This document shows, one piece after another, positions 1 through 14,045 of a stretch of DNA of 64,000 bases (its first letter is position 1; every line of letters begins with the position of its first letter). The stretch comes from Phyllobates terribilis (Eukaryota). The stretch covers positions 160,270,001 to 160,334,000 of the forward strand of contig NW_027362773.1 in the NCBI RefSeq assembly GCF_046119375.1. Reading direction: 5' to 3'. Under the pieces are notes generated by a model that ran no database searches, was not told where the DNA came from, and saw only the letters and a list, made by a program, of their open reading frames with translations. The position numbers were made by a program, and so were the translations under genes.

Positions 1-960
1 ACTACGGAGACGTAGGCGGTAAAGCGAGGAGGCAGCACACACACTACACCACATAGATCGCACATACGTCACCACTGGCGGCTCCCGCCGGTACAAGCCC
101 CGGGATTAGTCACCTCTCGGGCGGCGCAGGCCTCGCTGGCTCCGGCCTGGCTGATGGGGCTGAGTCCTGGGCCCGGCCGGCCGCTCCTGTCCCGGGCCGC
201 GCTACACGGAGGATTCCGGGTCTCACACTGACAGCGGAGAGTGACAGAAGATCGTTATCAACAGACAGGTCCGGCGATCAGCGACCATCCGGGACAATGG
301 CGGCCGCCAGACCGGAGTAGCTGCCAGCCGAGATCACCGGATGCCAGAGCGAATCGATGTGGAAAGCCAACTAGGATCGAAGTGAGCCAATCAGAGGGCG
401 GCGTCTGCGGCAGGCGCGGGGAATCGAGCGCGGAGAGCGCTGTCAGCAGCTGCAGGCGGACTAATGGAGCGCAGAGCGGTGGAGTGGCCGATTTTTGGGG
501 ATTGTTGACTTGAAGTTTTTCTGGGAAGTTTCTGAAAGTCTGGAATAGACATGGTGCGGTGACTCCATTATTAATGGCGCTGCGATTGGAATTTAATTAG
601 TATTTTGGACTACGCAATGTAAGTCGCATGCGATGACGACTCGCCTACCTCCGCCGCCGCCATCCGGGTGTTTTTCCTTTAGGTCGCTGACTTCTCTCGT
701 GCTTCAATCCATCCGCGCACCTCGTCTGTGCGACTATTTTACATCCGTAAAAAAAAAGGGACAAATGGCGAATATAAGACGTCACAACGGAGGCGCAACT
801 TTGTGACCAGAATCCGACTGTGGCCGAGTCCAGACGTCCACGTGTGACGGTCCAGACCGGCCGGAGGTCAACCGTCACATGAGACCCGCGACAGTCGCAG
901 TCCGGACCGCTGCACACAAACGTCTGACCTGGCGGAGGCTCGATGTCGCTGCGTGGACCT
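1..960 (-). promoter_or_regulatory. CpG-rich promoter region / probable non-coding 5' end of the upstream neighbour gene (AMBRA1 by synteny)
   Basis: Very GC/CpG-rich. CCAAT motifs (~386, ~585), a YY1-like ATGGCGGCGG on the minus strand (~655-664) and a candidate minus-strand donor GAG|gtaggc (~648). No coding sequence recognised. Identity is inferred only from the vertebrate order AMBRA1(-) HARBI1(-) ATG13(+) ARHGAP1(-). Confidence 0.45.
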
Positions 961-1180
961 CACCTCTACTTACCGGGATGGCTTATATACTATTTTTGAT
1001 CAAAAACAGTGTTACTAAGAACCCTATGTTATTTAAATGCACTTGCTTTTTATTTATTTACAGCAGGGTTTTTGTTCATTTTGCTTCTTGTAGGTTTTTC
1101 TGATTCATGGCCATTGTGAAACATGCATTTATGTGCTGCATGTATACCAACTTAAACCAAGCTCAAATTTTGTGTTTTTT

Positions 1181-1385
1181 CAATGAATGGAGCGGTGGCC
1201 GTACATGTGCCCCAGCAGTCTCATAGATAATGAATGGAGCGATGTCCGGACATGTGTCCCAGCAGTCCCATAGACAATGAATGGAGCAGTAGCAGGACAT
1301 GTGCCCCAGCAGTCCCATAGACAATGAATGGAGCGGGATCTGGACATGTGTCCCAGCAGTCCCATAGACAATGGAGTGGTGGTGC
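1181..1385. repeat. 47-bp minisatellite, ~4.3 copies
   Basis: Units start at 1181, 1228, 1275, 1322 and 1369. Core catgtgycccagcagtcccatagacaatgaatggagc with a ~10-bp variable part. The same core recurs dispersed at ~12279-12300. Confidence 0.9.
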
Positions 1386-1574
1386 GCATGTTCCACCTCT
1401 TCTTCGCACTGGATTCTATGGAGCCCCAGTCTCAGGATCAGTCGGACCCCAGCCAATCAACAACTGATAGGTGATAACTTATCAAATTAGGAATTACCCT
1501 TTATAGTGAATGATTCATCAGAACACGACCTATAGTTTACATCAGGCTTCTGGGATAAATGTGTTTATTAAAAT

Positions 1575-2190
1575 ATTTGAGCTGTGACATCACCTATTTT
1601 GTATGGTGGATCCTGTGTCATCTACTGTATATAGAGGTGTTATCAGTCATTGTACAGGAGGAGGTGAGCTGTGATATCACCCATTGTGAATGGTGGATGC
1701 TATGTTATCAGCTGTATATAGAGGTGTTATCAATCATTGTACTGGAGGAGGAGAGCTGTGCCATCACCTATTGTGAATGGTGGATGCTGTGTTATCAGCT
1801 GTATATAGAGGTGTTATCAGTTATTGTACAGGAGGAAGTGAGCTTTGACATCACCTATTGTGAATGGTGGATGCTGTGTTATCAGCTGTATATAGAGGTG
1901 TTATCAGTCACTGCACAGGAGGAGGAGGTGAGCTGTGACATCACCTATTGTTAATGGTGGATCCTTTGTTATCTACTGTATATGGAGGTGTTATCAGTCA
2001 TTGTACAGGAGGAGGAGGTGAGCTGTGACATCACCTATATTGTGAATGGTGGATCCTGTGTTATCTACTGTATATAGATGGGTTTTCATTGTACAGGAGG
2101 AGGAGGTGGTGAGCTGTGACATCATCTATTGTTAATGGTGGATCCTGTGTTATCTACTGTATATGAAGGTGCTATCAGTCACTGTACAGC
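1575..2190. repeat. ~87-90-bp tandem repeat, ~7 copies
   Basis: Repeated unit gagctgtgacatcacctattgtgaatggtggat(g/c)ctgtgttatc...gtcattgtacaggaggaggt. It explains the repetitive ORF 1559..1954. Confidence 0.9.
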
Positions 2191-2363
2191 ACTGATATTA
2201 ATATCTACTCACAGGATGCACAGAATGACCATATGCTGGGCAAATGCCTGACAGGACATGAAGTGTTGCCATGGGGAAAATAAAGAAGAGGAGCCGCAGA
2301 TTTCCATAGGTAAAGGTGTATTTTAATGCAATGTTTCTCCTTTGATCGGATTTGTGCTCCTCT

Positions 2364-5300
2364 CTAGGTGAAATGGTTTAGGACTAGTTCATGTCTCATT
2401 CGATGAGCCTCCGTCTCCTCGGCCTCCATGTTATTACAGTCGTCTTCAGTCTCCATGGAGCAAGGTCCAGGATCACACCAGATATCTAGGCCGTGCTGAA
2501 GCGCGATGTTGTGCAGGATGCAGCAGGCCAGGATGATCTGCGACGACTTCTCGGGGGAGTACTGCAAGGTGGCGCGCGATCCATCCAGGCAGCGGAAGCG
2601 GTGACGGAGCGCCTGCTGCGCGCGCTCCATGACGTTGTGAGTGTTGGAGTGCGCCATGTTGTATCTGTACTCCTGGGGGCTCTCAGGGATTTGCACCGGA
2701 GTCATCAGCCAAGGCCGGAGGTGGAAAGCGCTGTCCGCTGATAGAGACAAAACACGAGAAGAACGTTATCCCCCCAGAATATATCGAAGACTCAATTATT
2801 TATACGGAGGGGTCGATTGTGGCCGAACAGCCAGATGCAAAGATGTCCGGCGTCTACGGCCCATCAGAGACTGCGGCACAAAGTGTAAAACCGATCCGGT
2901 GCAAACAACTGATGAATAGGAGCATTCCCATAGAAAGCTATGGGACCGGTGTCCCGAGCGCCTAGTCCCCCTGCGCAGACCCTATACCTCGCTGGAAGGA
3001 ATAAAGCGACGTGTGGAAACCAGGACTAAACACTTGCACTGCGCTCTCTCTCTCTATATATAGGCTTTCATTAACCACTTTGTGTCTGGAGGTTTTGGGG
3101 TTTTTTGCACTTTTTTTTCCTTCTTTTTGAAGAGCCATAACCATTTTTTTTGCACCTCCACATCCGTATGAGGACCTGTTATTTGCAGGACGAGTTGTAG
3201 TTTTGGATCCCCCCCCCATTCGCTTTACCCTATAATGTACTGAAGAACGAGAAATCAATGAGAGAAATGAAATGGTGGAAAAAAAAGCAATTCTGAGACT
3301 GTTTTTTGGGGGAGTTTTGTGGCATTTGTTGTACGGTAAAAATGACCCGGCGATACAAAACTTGTATAGTTTATTTTATTATCTTAATGGTTGAAAAAAA
3401 GATTCAGAAGTTTGTAAAAAAAAAAAACAAAAACAAACGCGGTTTGTTTCTCCATTTTCTGAGACCCGTAACATTTCTTTTTCTGCCGAAGGAGCGGTGA
3501 GCGCTCGCACTATTTGTATGGACAGCTGACTTTTTTTTCTTCCATACCGACGTTTTGATCGCTTTTTATTGCCTTTGTGTGGAAATGCGGCTGACAAAAA
3601 AAAACACCCCAAAAGACTAAAATATGGCGTCTATCAAAGAGTTTAACTGATTTTACAGCTGCGGTGTGCTTTATAATTTCTTCAAGTTATCCTGAGAAAA
3701 GGGGGTCGACTAAAACATACATCTTTTTTTTACTACATATATATGTAAAATAGAAAAAAAAATGTAATATATATTTTATATTAGTCACAAAAAATGATAT
3801 ATATGTGTAATTTATTTATTAATTTTACTTCATTAGGGAACCTGATCTTGACATTGTCTAATTGCAGTCAGTAAATACAGTTGTGCTCAAAAGTTTACAT
3901 ACCCCGGCAGAATTTTTCCTTTCTTGGTCTTGTTTCAGAGAATATGAATGATAACAAAAAAACTTTTTCTCCACTCATGGTTATTGGTTGGGTGAAGCCA
4001 TTTATTGTCAAACTACTGTGTTTTCTCTTTTTAAATCTTAATGACAACCAAAAACATCCAAATGACCCTGATCAAAAGTTCACATACCCTGGTGATTTTG
4101 GCCTGATAACATGCACAGAATGTGACACAAATGGGTTTGAATGGCTACTAAAGGTAAGATCCTCACCGGTGTGCATAAAAGCTGAGTGAGTTTCTGGGAT
4201 CCAGACAAACTCTTGCATCTTTCATCCAGCCACTGACGTTTCTGGATTGTGAGTCATGGGGAAAGCAAAAGAATTGTCAACAGATCTACAAACTGTATAA
4301 CACAGGAAAGGGATACAAAAAGATATTGATAATGCCAGTCGGCAGCGTTCAAATTGTGATTAACAAATGGAAAATCAGGGGCTCTGTAAAAACCAAACCA
4401 CGGTCAGGTAGACCAACAAAAATTTTGACCACAACTGGCAAGAAAATTGTTCGGGATGCAAAGAAAAACCCACAAATCACATCAGCTGAAATTCAGGACT
4501 CTCTGAAAACTAGCGGTGTGGCTGTTTCAAGATGCACAATAAGGAGGCACTTGAAGAAAAATGGGCTGCATGGTCGAGTCGCCAGAAGAAAGCCATAACT
4601 GCGCAAATGCCACAAAGTATCTCACCTACAATATGTCAAACAGCACAGAGACAAGCCTCAAAACTTCTGGAACAAGGTAATTTGGAGTGATGAGACCAAA
4701 ATTGAACTTTTTGGCCACAACCGTAAACGTTACATTTGGAGAGAGGTCAGCAAGGCCTATGATGAAAGGAACACCATTCCTACAGTAAAGCACGGAGGTG
4801 GATCGCTGATGTTTTGGGGATGTGTGAGCTACAAAGGCACAGGAAACTTTGTAAAAGTTGAAGGAAAGATGAATTCAGCACGTTATCAGCTAATACTGGA
4901 GGCAAATTTGCACTCATCAGCCCGGAAGCTGCGCATGGGACGTACTGGGATGTTCCAACATGACAACGATCTAAAACACAAGGCCAAGTCGACCTGTCAT
5001 TGGCTACAGCAGCACAAAGTGAAGGTTCTGGAGTGGCCATCTCAGTCTCCTGACCTCAATATCATTGAGCCACTCTGGGGAGATCTCAAGCGCGCAGTTC
5101 ATGCGAGACAGCCCAGGAATTTACAGGAACTGGAGGCTTTTTGCCAAGAAGAATGGGCAGCTTTACCATCTGAGAAAATAAAGAACCTCATCCACAACTA
5201 CCACAAAAGACTTCAAGCTGTCATTGATGTTAGAGGGGGCAATACACGGTATTAAGAACTGGGGTATGTGAACTTTTGATCAGGGTCATTTGGATGTTTT

Positions 5301-6520
5301 TGGTTGTCATTAAGATATAAAAAGAGAAAACACAGTAGTTTGACAATAAATGGCTTCACCCAACCAATAACCATGAGTGGAGAAAAAGGGTTTTTTGTTA
5401 TCATTCATATTCTCTGAAACAAGACCAAGAAAGGAAAAATTCTGCGGATGTATGTAAACTTTTGAGCACAACTGTAGTTAAATTAACGTTTTCCTATGTA
5501 ATCCAGGCAGGCTGGGCATCATAGAGGGGCCAATAGAGCAGCTATGGGGGCACCAGCTAGCTCTCAGCGGCTATTGTAACCCACCGGCACCAGTAATTGC
5601 TCTGTGTGCACCAGCTATTGTGACATTTAGGGATTAAACAGCAGCGATCAGAGCTGGGTCGCTGCTGTTACAGGCAGATGTCGGCTGGGTTATGCAGCTC
5701 TGCACCCTATGACATACAGTTGTATGAGGGAGAGCAAAGGGGATAACATGGGATCCTATAGGCAGCTGTGTGACTACACTGTGGCATAAGTAGGAGCTAT
5801 TAGTCCTGGGGTATATAACGTATAGCTGCAGACACGTGATGGGAACATACCCAGCATCCAACCTTCTTTGTGCATTTTCGTCTCAAACAGACAGGAAAGG
5901 TTGGACTGGTGGAGAACCAGATCATCCTGGGCGCTGCCGGGTCGGTGGGTTTCGGCCCAGAGAAGGACCCCCTGAGTGTCACATACCAGAAGGCAATTTA
6001 AAGAGTGCAAGCCCTTCCTGTTTATATATGACAAGTCCTCAGCATTGGGGGCTTTAATGGTCACATGCATGCAGTCCACCACTCCCAGCACACCCGGGAC
6101 CCCCGCCAGGCCGTAGAAGTCATCCTTCAGCTTCTGCACCGACACTTCCTCCTGGGGAAAACAGATGAACTGCGAGGCTCTCTCCACCAGGGCGTCGGTG
6201 ACATTGGTCACACATCGACTCATGGAAGCCTGGCTGATCCCAATCGTGTCTCCCATGCGGGTCTGGAATGAACCGGAGGTGTAAAATCCTAGAGCCGCCA
6301 TGATCTGAGTCTCAGGGCTGATGGCACGGGATCGCTGAGTCGGCCGGGATAGGCTGGCACCCAAAAGTTCAACCAGGTAGTCGATGAATGGCCGGGGGAA
6401 GCCATATGTAGTAACCAAGTACTCATTGGAAACGTCATCCAGGCGAAATCGGTCCAAGGTGCGGTGTCCGCGGCCGTAAAGCAGGAGGTCACAATCCAGG
6501 ACAGTTATAGGAATAGCCAT
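2364..6520 (-). CDS. HARBI1: Harbinger transposase-derived 1 (putative nuclease HARBI1), 347 aa
   Basis: Coding exons (minus): 6520..5851 ([28 protein letters not shown]...MHKEGWML, donor gtatgt, phase 1) and 2737..2364 (acceptor ctctatcag, (A)[13 protein letters not shown]...[10 protein letters not shown]). 670+374=1044 nt, in frame. The exon 2 acceptor is at 6583 (ttctttcag). Colinear with recalled vertebrate HARBI1; D149, D225 and E261 are present. Confidence 0.97.
3878..5474 (+). mobile_element. Tc1-like DNA transposon (IR/DR type), defective transposase, in the HARBI1 coding intron
   Basis: TA flanks at 3876-77 and 5475-76. ~212-bp inverted repeats 3878..4089 and 5262..5474 beginning cagttgtgctcaaaagtttacatac. 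Transposase fragments 4326..4598 (ends at a premature TAA after RVARRKP) and 4809..5255 (HDNDLKH...NIIEPLW, DD34E). The 5' end of the ORF is disrupted. Confidence 0.95.
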
Positions 6521-8716
6521 AGCCAAGCTACAAAGACCATCAGATGTCACGGGTATCCTGGGCTACGACATAGGGAGGCTACCTGAAAGAAGAAGAGAAA
6601 GACGACGGTCATAAGAAAGCATTCACCTGCGATTTACATCTAATGATGAACGTGGTCGAGACGTAACGCAACAATGCCGGCAAAGCAAAGTTAGAATCCA
6701 GCTTCATACCAGGCAGGTACTGGCTGCGTTACACAGCTGACATCCACCTATCACTGCAGCAACAGGAGTGCCCTCCGATCACTGCGGATCAACCAATTAA
6801 ATATTAAATAACACCATTGGCACGATTATAAAGAACCGATGGGTTACCATGGCGTAGCTGCCATCTTGGTCCTCCCATGAAGTAGAGCCACAGGCTGGGC
6901 TCCATATGAGAACCGCGATTTCCCTGTATGCTGCAGTATATAGTAAAGGTTGTTAAATCGCAGGTTTCCACTAGAAGGACTAAAATAAAGTAAAAATTAA
7001 AGAAAAATGTTTTAAAAAATATAAACGGTTTTAATCATCTCTCACTTCAACAATAACGAAAGGAAAAAAAAAATCATATCTAGCATCGTCGCGTCCAAAA
7101 AAAACATCAAAATCTAAAATGATTGAAAACATAAGTTAAAAAAATTCTATTTATTCATCGCCAAACAAAATTACGATACAAATGTCCTATGTACCCCAAA
7201 ATCTGTATCAATAAACCTTACTAATCTCAGAAAATGGCGACACAATTTTCTTTTCTGAATATTTTCTCACCCCAAAAATATTTACCACCCAATGAATGTT
7301 GTAAAAATGGGAATTTCGCAATTTCATCGCACTTGGAAAGTGAATGGGGTCATATTGTGACCCGAAAGGACCCATGACAAGCAAATCGCAAACAGTTGGA
7401 ACCACTTGGATTTTTCTGACTTGCTTCTCACAGTATCTTGGGGATCACCTTGTGACCCCAATCGCTTGCACCATGCTGCCGAAAAGTTGGATAAATTTTA
7501 AGACAAAATGCACAACAATTTTTCGTCATGTGACTTGATGCCGCGTGAACAACGTCGCTGCGCCGTCCTTGTCGCACCCAGCGATTCCCCTGTGATAATG
7601 CTGCCAGCCATAGGATACGGTCAGAGACCCTTCCCTTCTGCTCTTAGTGTCCACAGACGCCTCAGACTTGATATATTAAATGTGATCGATCTTTGTGATC
7701 GTGGGTCGAATGCAGCAGACGCTTTTATGTCTTTTTTCCCTCAGCGCCTGTTATTGACATATAAATTAAGGCGAGATTTAGAGAGAGAAACATATCCGAT
7801 CACTGACAGGGGTGGAAATCCAATGACGGTCTACTATTTCCATGGCCGATATATCGCCACCATTTTGCCAGGCGAAATACCATATAATAACCACATCACA
7901 CCGGTCAGGCCCCGCGCTCTGTCCCTGGGCTGCATGTAGGAGATATTACTTCCATAACATGAAATGGAACAATAATAGCCCCTATACGCCTCCCAGGACA
8001 GGGCTACCATAAGTTCACATGGGTTAGTGGGGCTCTTTGCCACCTTTAAAGCAAGGACTGGAGCCAATTCCAAAAATGGGGCCTTGCTGAGGATAGTGGT
8101 GGTGTTTTATGCAAGATTTGTAGAGAAGATCTATAAAATGTCCAGCGCCCTTCCTCAGCTAATTTCGCAACTGCCATAAAAGTGAATGGAAAGCGATAGG
8201 TGCAGGTCCCAGGGGTGGGAGGTAAGGAATTTCATTGCCGGAGGATTGAGAGAGATGGGGGGTGCTCTACGAGAAGCTATTAGGAAATATGGGGTCCATT
8301 TACTGTCCAGTCATTTCTGGTATTTGCACCTGATGCCTTTGTATAAGTTTAAGCTGCAAGGAGAAATGCAAAAGTTCTATCCTCCCTGCAGCCGCTCGCT
8401 TCCAGTCATCGGGGCAGAGCGGTTACAGTCGCCAATCACTATACAATGTGATCTCCTCAGCACATTGACTGACAGCAACGCTCCAATATCTGGAAGTCAG
8501 TGGCTGCAGAGAGAATAAAACTTCATTTTCTCCCTGTAGCTGCTCCTCCAGTAAGGCAGGCATGATATAAATGCTATTAACCGGCAGATTATCACTATGT
8601 ATGCAGGTAAATAGTGTTTTTTGTAGGTGATAGATTCCTTTTAAATTGGAGTTGAGCAAAAAGATTTGCATTTCACTGGTCCGGTGTCCAGTGTGGTCCT
8701 CCATATGTGGCTGGAC

Positions 8717-9057
8717 CAGGGCTGTGGAGTAGGAGTCCATTTTGGTGGAGTCAGAATCGGAGTCGGTATAAAACCTAAACTCCTAAAATAAATAATAAAT
8801 TGGGTACAGTAGTTCAATGCAGTTTGTGGGGAATATTTTTTTCATAAGAATTTGGGAAAGTTATGAAATGTCCTATAAAAATGTCTGTCCTATTCCTGAT
8901 CTCAGGGTCTAGACTTTTAGCTGAGATGAATCTGTGCTACAGTAAATTTATCACTTAAAACATGAGCCGTGTATGAGGGAGTCGGAGTCGTGGAGTCAGA
9001 GTTGGTGTCAAGGAAATTGAGGAGTCGGAAGTTTGGCTTACCAACTCTACAGCCCTG
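8717..9057. mobile_element. Non-autonomous hAT element (MITE)
   Basis: TIRs cagggctgtggagt / actctacagccctg. Perfect 8-bp TSD ggctggac at 8709-8716 and 9058-9065. Internal ggagtc repeats. Confidence 0.9.
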
Positions 9058-10639
9058 GGCTGGACTGCCCTGCATCCGCCATCCTGGGTACCTCTTGTGC
9101 TTACTTGGCCCCATGATGTTATGACGTCGCTGGTCACAGAAGTTACGTCTGCCCTAGTCTGGATGCCAAGGAGGCCCGGTCTGGACAGTGAAGCACAAAT
9201 GTCTTTGCTCAACTCAAATTTAGGTAAAAAAATATATCTACCACCAGGGTCCCACAGAGAATGAATGAAGCAACAATGGTCATGATCAACTTTCACTCCA
9301 TTCATCAGTGGTGGTCTCAGTGGATGGCCCCCCCCACCAATCTAATACTTATTACCTGTTCTTCTTACCAGAATACCCTTTCTAAGCGTTTTTCAGCAGC
9401 GCAGGCGTGGGTTGCTAGCACCAGAGGAAAACCAATTTTTCGCACTTCTCACCCGTGGACCATTAGATATAAAACTTAAAAAGTTATACGTTGTTAAATA
9501 CACTTTCTATTATTTTTAAATATTTTATTATCCTAGCCCTAAACCCAACCCTAACAATAGCACGATCCCTAACCTTAACCATTACTCCTCAGCCTAGATA
9601 GGATTAGAAAAATTATGTAAAAACCTAAAGTTCGTTTTTGTTTGCATTTTTTTTTTGCACAGGGGACACTTTTTTTTTTTTACATTTGGGGCAGCTATTT
9701 TTCTCTTCTCTCAAAAAATGACAAATAGGAGGAGACACAGGGGAAGCACAGGATAACCTTTGTCATCTGAGTCGCTGCCTATGCAGAGCGCAGCAATCAA
9801 GGGTGAGTTTGTCATCAGTTGTTGTGCTCTGCATAGACAGTTACATAGGATGCGAAAATTGTTATCTAGGTCGCTACCTATGCACAGCGCAACAGCCGAT
9901 GACAAACTCACCTGCGCTCTGCATAGGAACCTGTGGCACTGACCTGAATGTTAAAGCTCATCAAGATCGTCAGCTGTTTGTCGTATCTTTACTGCACCCC
10001 TCCTAGAAGAAGTGGCGGTGGGTGACGGGGCAAAATTTTGCAGCCCCAGAGAATTCAGCAATCCCCCCTCCATGGTACTCCACTTCTATCAATGTCTGCC
10101 AGGTTGCACACCTCATCCGCAGGTATCTTAATAAATGGTCACGTGACATTTGTGCAGGTACGTGGGACGCGACATCATCGAAGTCCATCACTTCTGCATA
10201 GAGAGGTTACCGATGCTGATGACGTTGCATCCCCACGACCTCGGCCAAAGCCCTGCAGGTGTCCCGCACACTCCTGAGCAGATATGCCAGGACGCAACGT
10301 CATCAGTGGCACTAAGCTCCGTGGAATCACGTTTTCCCGGCTATCACTACATTAGATAGTAAAGTGAATTGTATCATTCACAACTGCAACTCCTGCCGTA
10401 AAAACAAGCCCCAATGTTGATGGAAATATTAAAAAGTTACGACTCCTGGAAGAAGAGGAGGAAAAAATGAAAATTAGCCGCAGAGGGAAGCGCAAAAGAA
10501 AGATTGTGCTGTTGCCATTAGCAACCAATTAGGTTGCAGCTTTCATTCTCCATAAAGCCTCTGAAAAATAGAAGCTGGATTGTGATTGGTTGCTGTGCAT
10601 TATTCCTTCCCAGGTCTCTAGTTTTATATAAATTCCCCA

Positions 10640-11120
10640 CAGAAGCTATGTAGCTGAGCAGAGCAGCCGCCTCCGGTGAAGCAGGAGCCCCGGGTCCCCA
10701 GAGAATCAGGCATTTACCGAATTTCGTGCTTTCCGTACCTCAGCGCTCAGTGCAGACTGTGCAGTCAGTCTTGTTGTTGGCGGCTGCAGATTCCACATCC
10801 CCAGAACATGACGCAGCCAGAAAAAAAAAAATATCTTCATTCCTGGTGAAAATTAGGCTGTCGTAAGATGGTGCTGCCGGGGTGAGGGGGAATTGGGTTG
10901 TAGGGGGTGGGTTTTTCTGTGTGTGGAATGTGCGGCTGAGAAATCGCAGATGAGCTCTCCGCGCAGACAGAGCAAAACACAAACAGTAATGGCGGCTCCG
11001 AGCGTCGGACCGGGGACGTGAGGGAAGGGGAGAAGGAGAGCCGGGACCGGGGACAGAAGGGGCTGGAGCTGTCCTCATAGAAGAAGCGTCAGCCGGAGGT
11101 GAGCAGGGGGTGAGCTGACC
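10640..11120. promoter_or_regulatory. Probable bidirectional promoter / first non-coding exons of HARBI1 (-) and ATG13 (+)
   Basis: GC-rich island between the two divergent CDSs. Minus-strand donor AG|gtacgg at 10738. Plus-strand donor-like sites ggg|gtgagg (~10881) and gag|gtgagc (~11099). YY1-like aagatggtg at ~10866. Neither gene has its first exon adjacent to its CDS, since both start-codon exons have acceptors. Confidence 0.6.
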
Positions 11121-11154
11121 ATAAATGACCATTAAAGGGGAAAGCTACAAAGTG

Positions 11155-11156
<2 letters not shown>

Positions 11157-11202
<46 letters not shown>
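11157..11202. repeat. (AT)n microsatellite, ~23 units
   Basis: Pure AT dinucleotide run followed by a short (GT)n. Confidence 0.95.
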
Positions 11203-11212
<10 letters not shown>

Positions 11213-11419
11213 ATGTCATAGTGATTATATTAGAGGGATCCTCCACCTTGTGATCAGGTTTCCTCATCGTTATTACGGCCTCACTCAGATTTTTCCATAA
11301 TGTAATATATAATATCTGCTGTGATCCGCCGTCAGACCGAGACAAAACGGACTAGAGACGGTCCGACTGTGTGAATCAGCCCGACACGGGGACTTGGTGA
11401 TGTTTCTGGGGGGAGCAGG

Positions 11420-11570
11420 GTTGAATGGCCGCTTTCTTTCAAGAACTGCGCCACCCGTGGCTGTAGGTCGGGTCTGGTATCACAGCTCAGCTCTGGTGAA
11501 CTGAAAAGGGTTGAGCTGTAACACCAGACACAACCTGTAGGCAGGGGTGGCGCTATTTGTGGATGAAAGA
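11420..11570. mobile_element. Palindromic non-autonomous element (family also at 49784, 54135, 56971)
   Basis: Imperfect inverted arms around ...cagctcagc / gagctg..., shared with three other copies in the window. Confidence 0.65.
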
Positions 11571-11764
11571 AGCCTTTTTTTTTATTTTGAGCAACCACTT
11601 TTATTCATGCATCCCTCCCTTATTTTCGTCTTATACTGTTCAGCCTCGTAAGTCAGTGCTGATTATTTTGAAAGGTTATTGCTTAAAAAAAAAAGAATAA
11701 TTTGCTACTTGCTGGAGGCCGATCACTGGGACCCGTAGCGATCCTGCGCTCAGAGTCCTGAATG

Positions 11765-12075
11765 CAGCACGGTGGATCAGTGGTTAGCACTGTATGGTGG
11801 CTCAGTGGTTAGCATTGCAGCCTTGCAGCGCTGGGGTCCTGGGTTCAAATCCCACCAAGGACTACATCTGCAAGGAGTTTGTATGTTCTCCCCGTGTTTG
11901 CGTGGGTTTCCTCTTGGTTCTCCGGTTTCCTCCCACACTCCAAAGACTGATAGGGAATCTAGATTGTGAGCCCCAAATGGGGACAGAGCCCATAATGTCT
12001 GCCTGTAAATTGTCTGAATTGTAAAGCGCTGCGGAATATGTTGGCGCTATATAAATAAAAAGATTATTATTATAA
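11765..12075 (+). mobile_element. tRNA-derived SINE (V-SINE-like)
   Basis: A-box TGGCTCAGTGG (partly duplicated) and B-box GGTTCAAATCC. Central tgttctccccgtgtttgcgtgggtttcctc core and an AT-rich (atta)n tail. A homologous copy lies at 45980. Confidence 0.85.
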
Positions 12076-12407
12076 TCATCGTCTATGAGACTGCAGGGAA
12101 TAGCGGAGCAAGCGCTGCACTCGCCTTACAACACTCCCATAGATTTTGTAAACCTGCCTGAAGAAGGAGCTTCTGTGCTCTGAAAGCTGCAAACATAATT
12201 CTTCTGGTTAGTCAATAAAGGTTTCACTCCTAGAATACTTTTGTCATTTTTGGGCATAAAAGTATTTACATCGATAATCCCATAGACAATGAATGGAGCA
12301 GAGGTCGAGCATGGGCACCTACACAGCATTCAAGACTATGCTGCAGAGCTCAGGATCGCCGGGGGTCTGATTGATGAGATCAACAGCAATCAGTAAGTTA
12401 TCCCCTA

Positions 12408-14045
<1,638 letters not shown>

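Noticed and set aside
1181-1385. CRISPR-like pattern (constant ~37 bp plus a variable segment)
   Set aside because: The variable part is only ~10 bp and self-similar, the context is eukaryotic, there are no cas genes, and the core occurs in dispersed MITE sequence.
6521-6550. N-terminal extension of HARBI1 from an upstream GTG ([10 protein letters not shown])
   Set aside because: The conserved protein begins MAIPITV at the ATG at 6520. The GTG start is an ORF-caller artefact. The same applies to the GTG at 12777 for the Tc1 transposase.
7640-8330. Possible LINE (L1/Tx1-like) ORF2 3' remnant on the minus strand
   Set aside because: Only a vague resemblance (ALKVAKSPTNP). No RT or endonuclease motif, polyA tail or TSD could be established.
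9530-9590. Interstitial telomere-like ccctaa motifs
   Set aside because: Few, degenerate and non-tandem copies inside a dispersed AT-rich repeat.
11765-11850. tRNA gene
   Set aside because: A and B boxes are present, but they are followed by a SINE body and tail with no cloverleaf.
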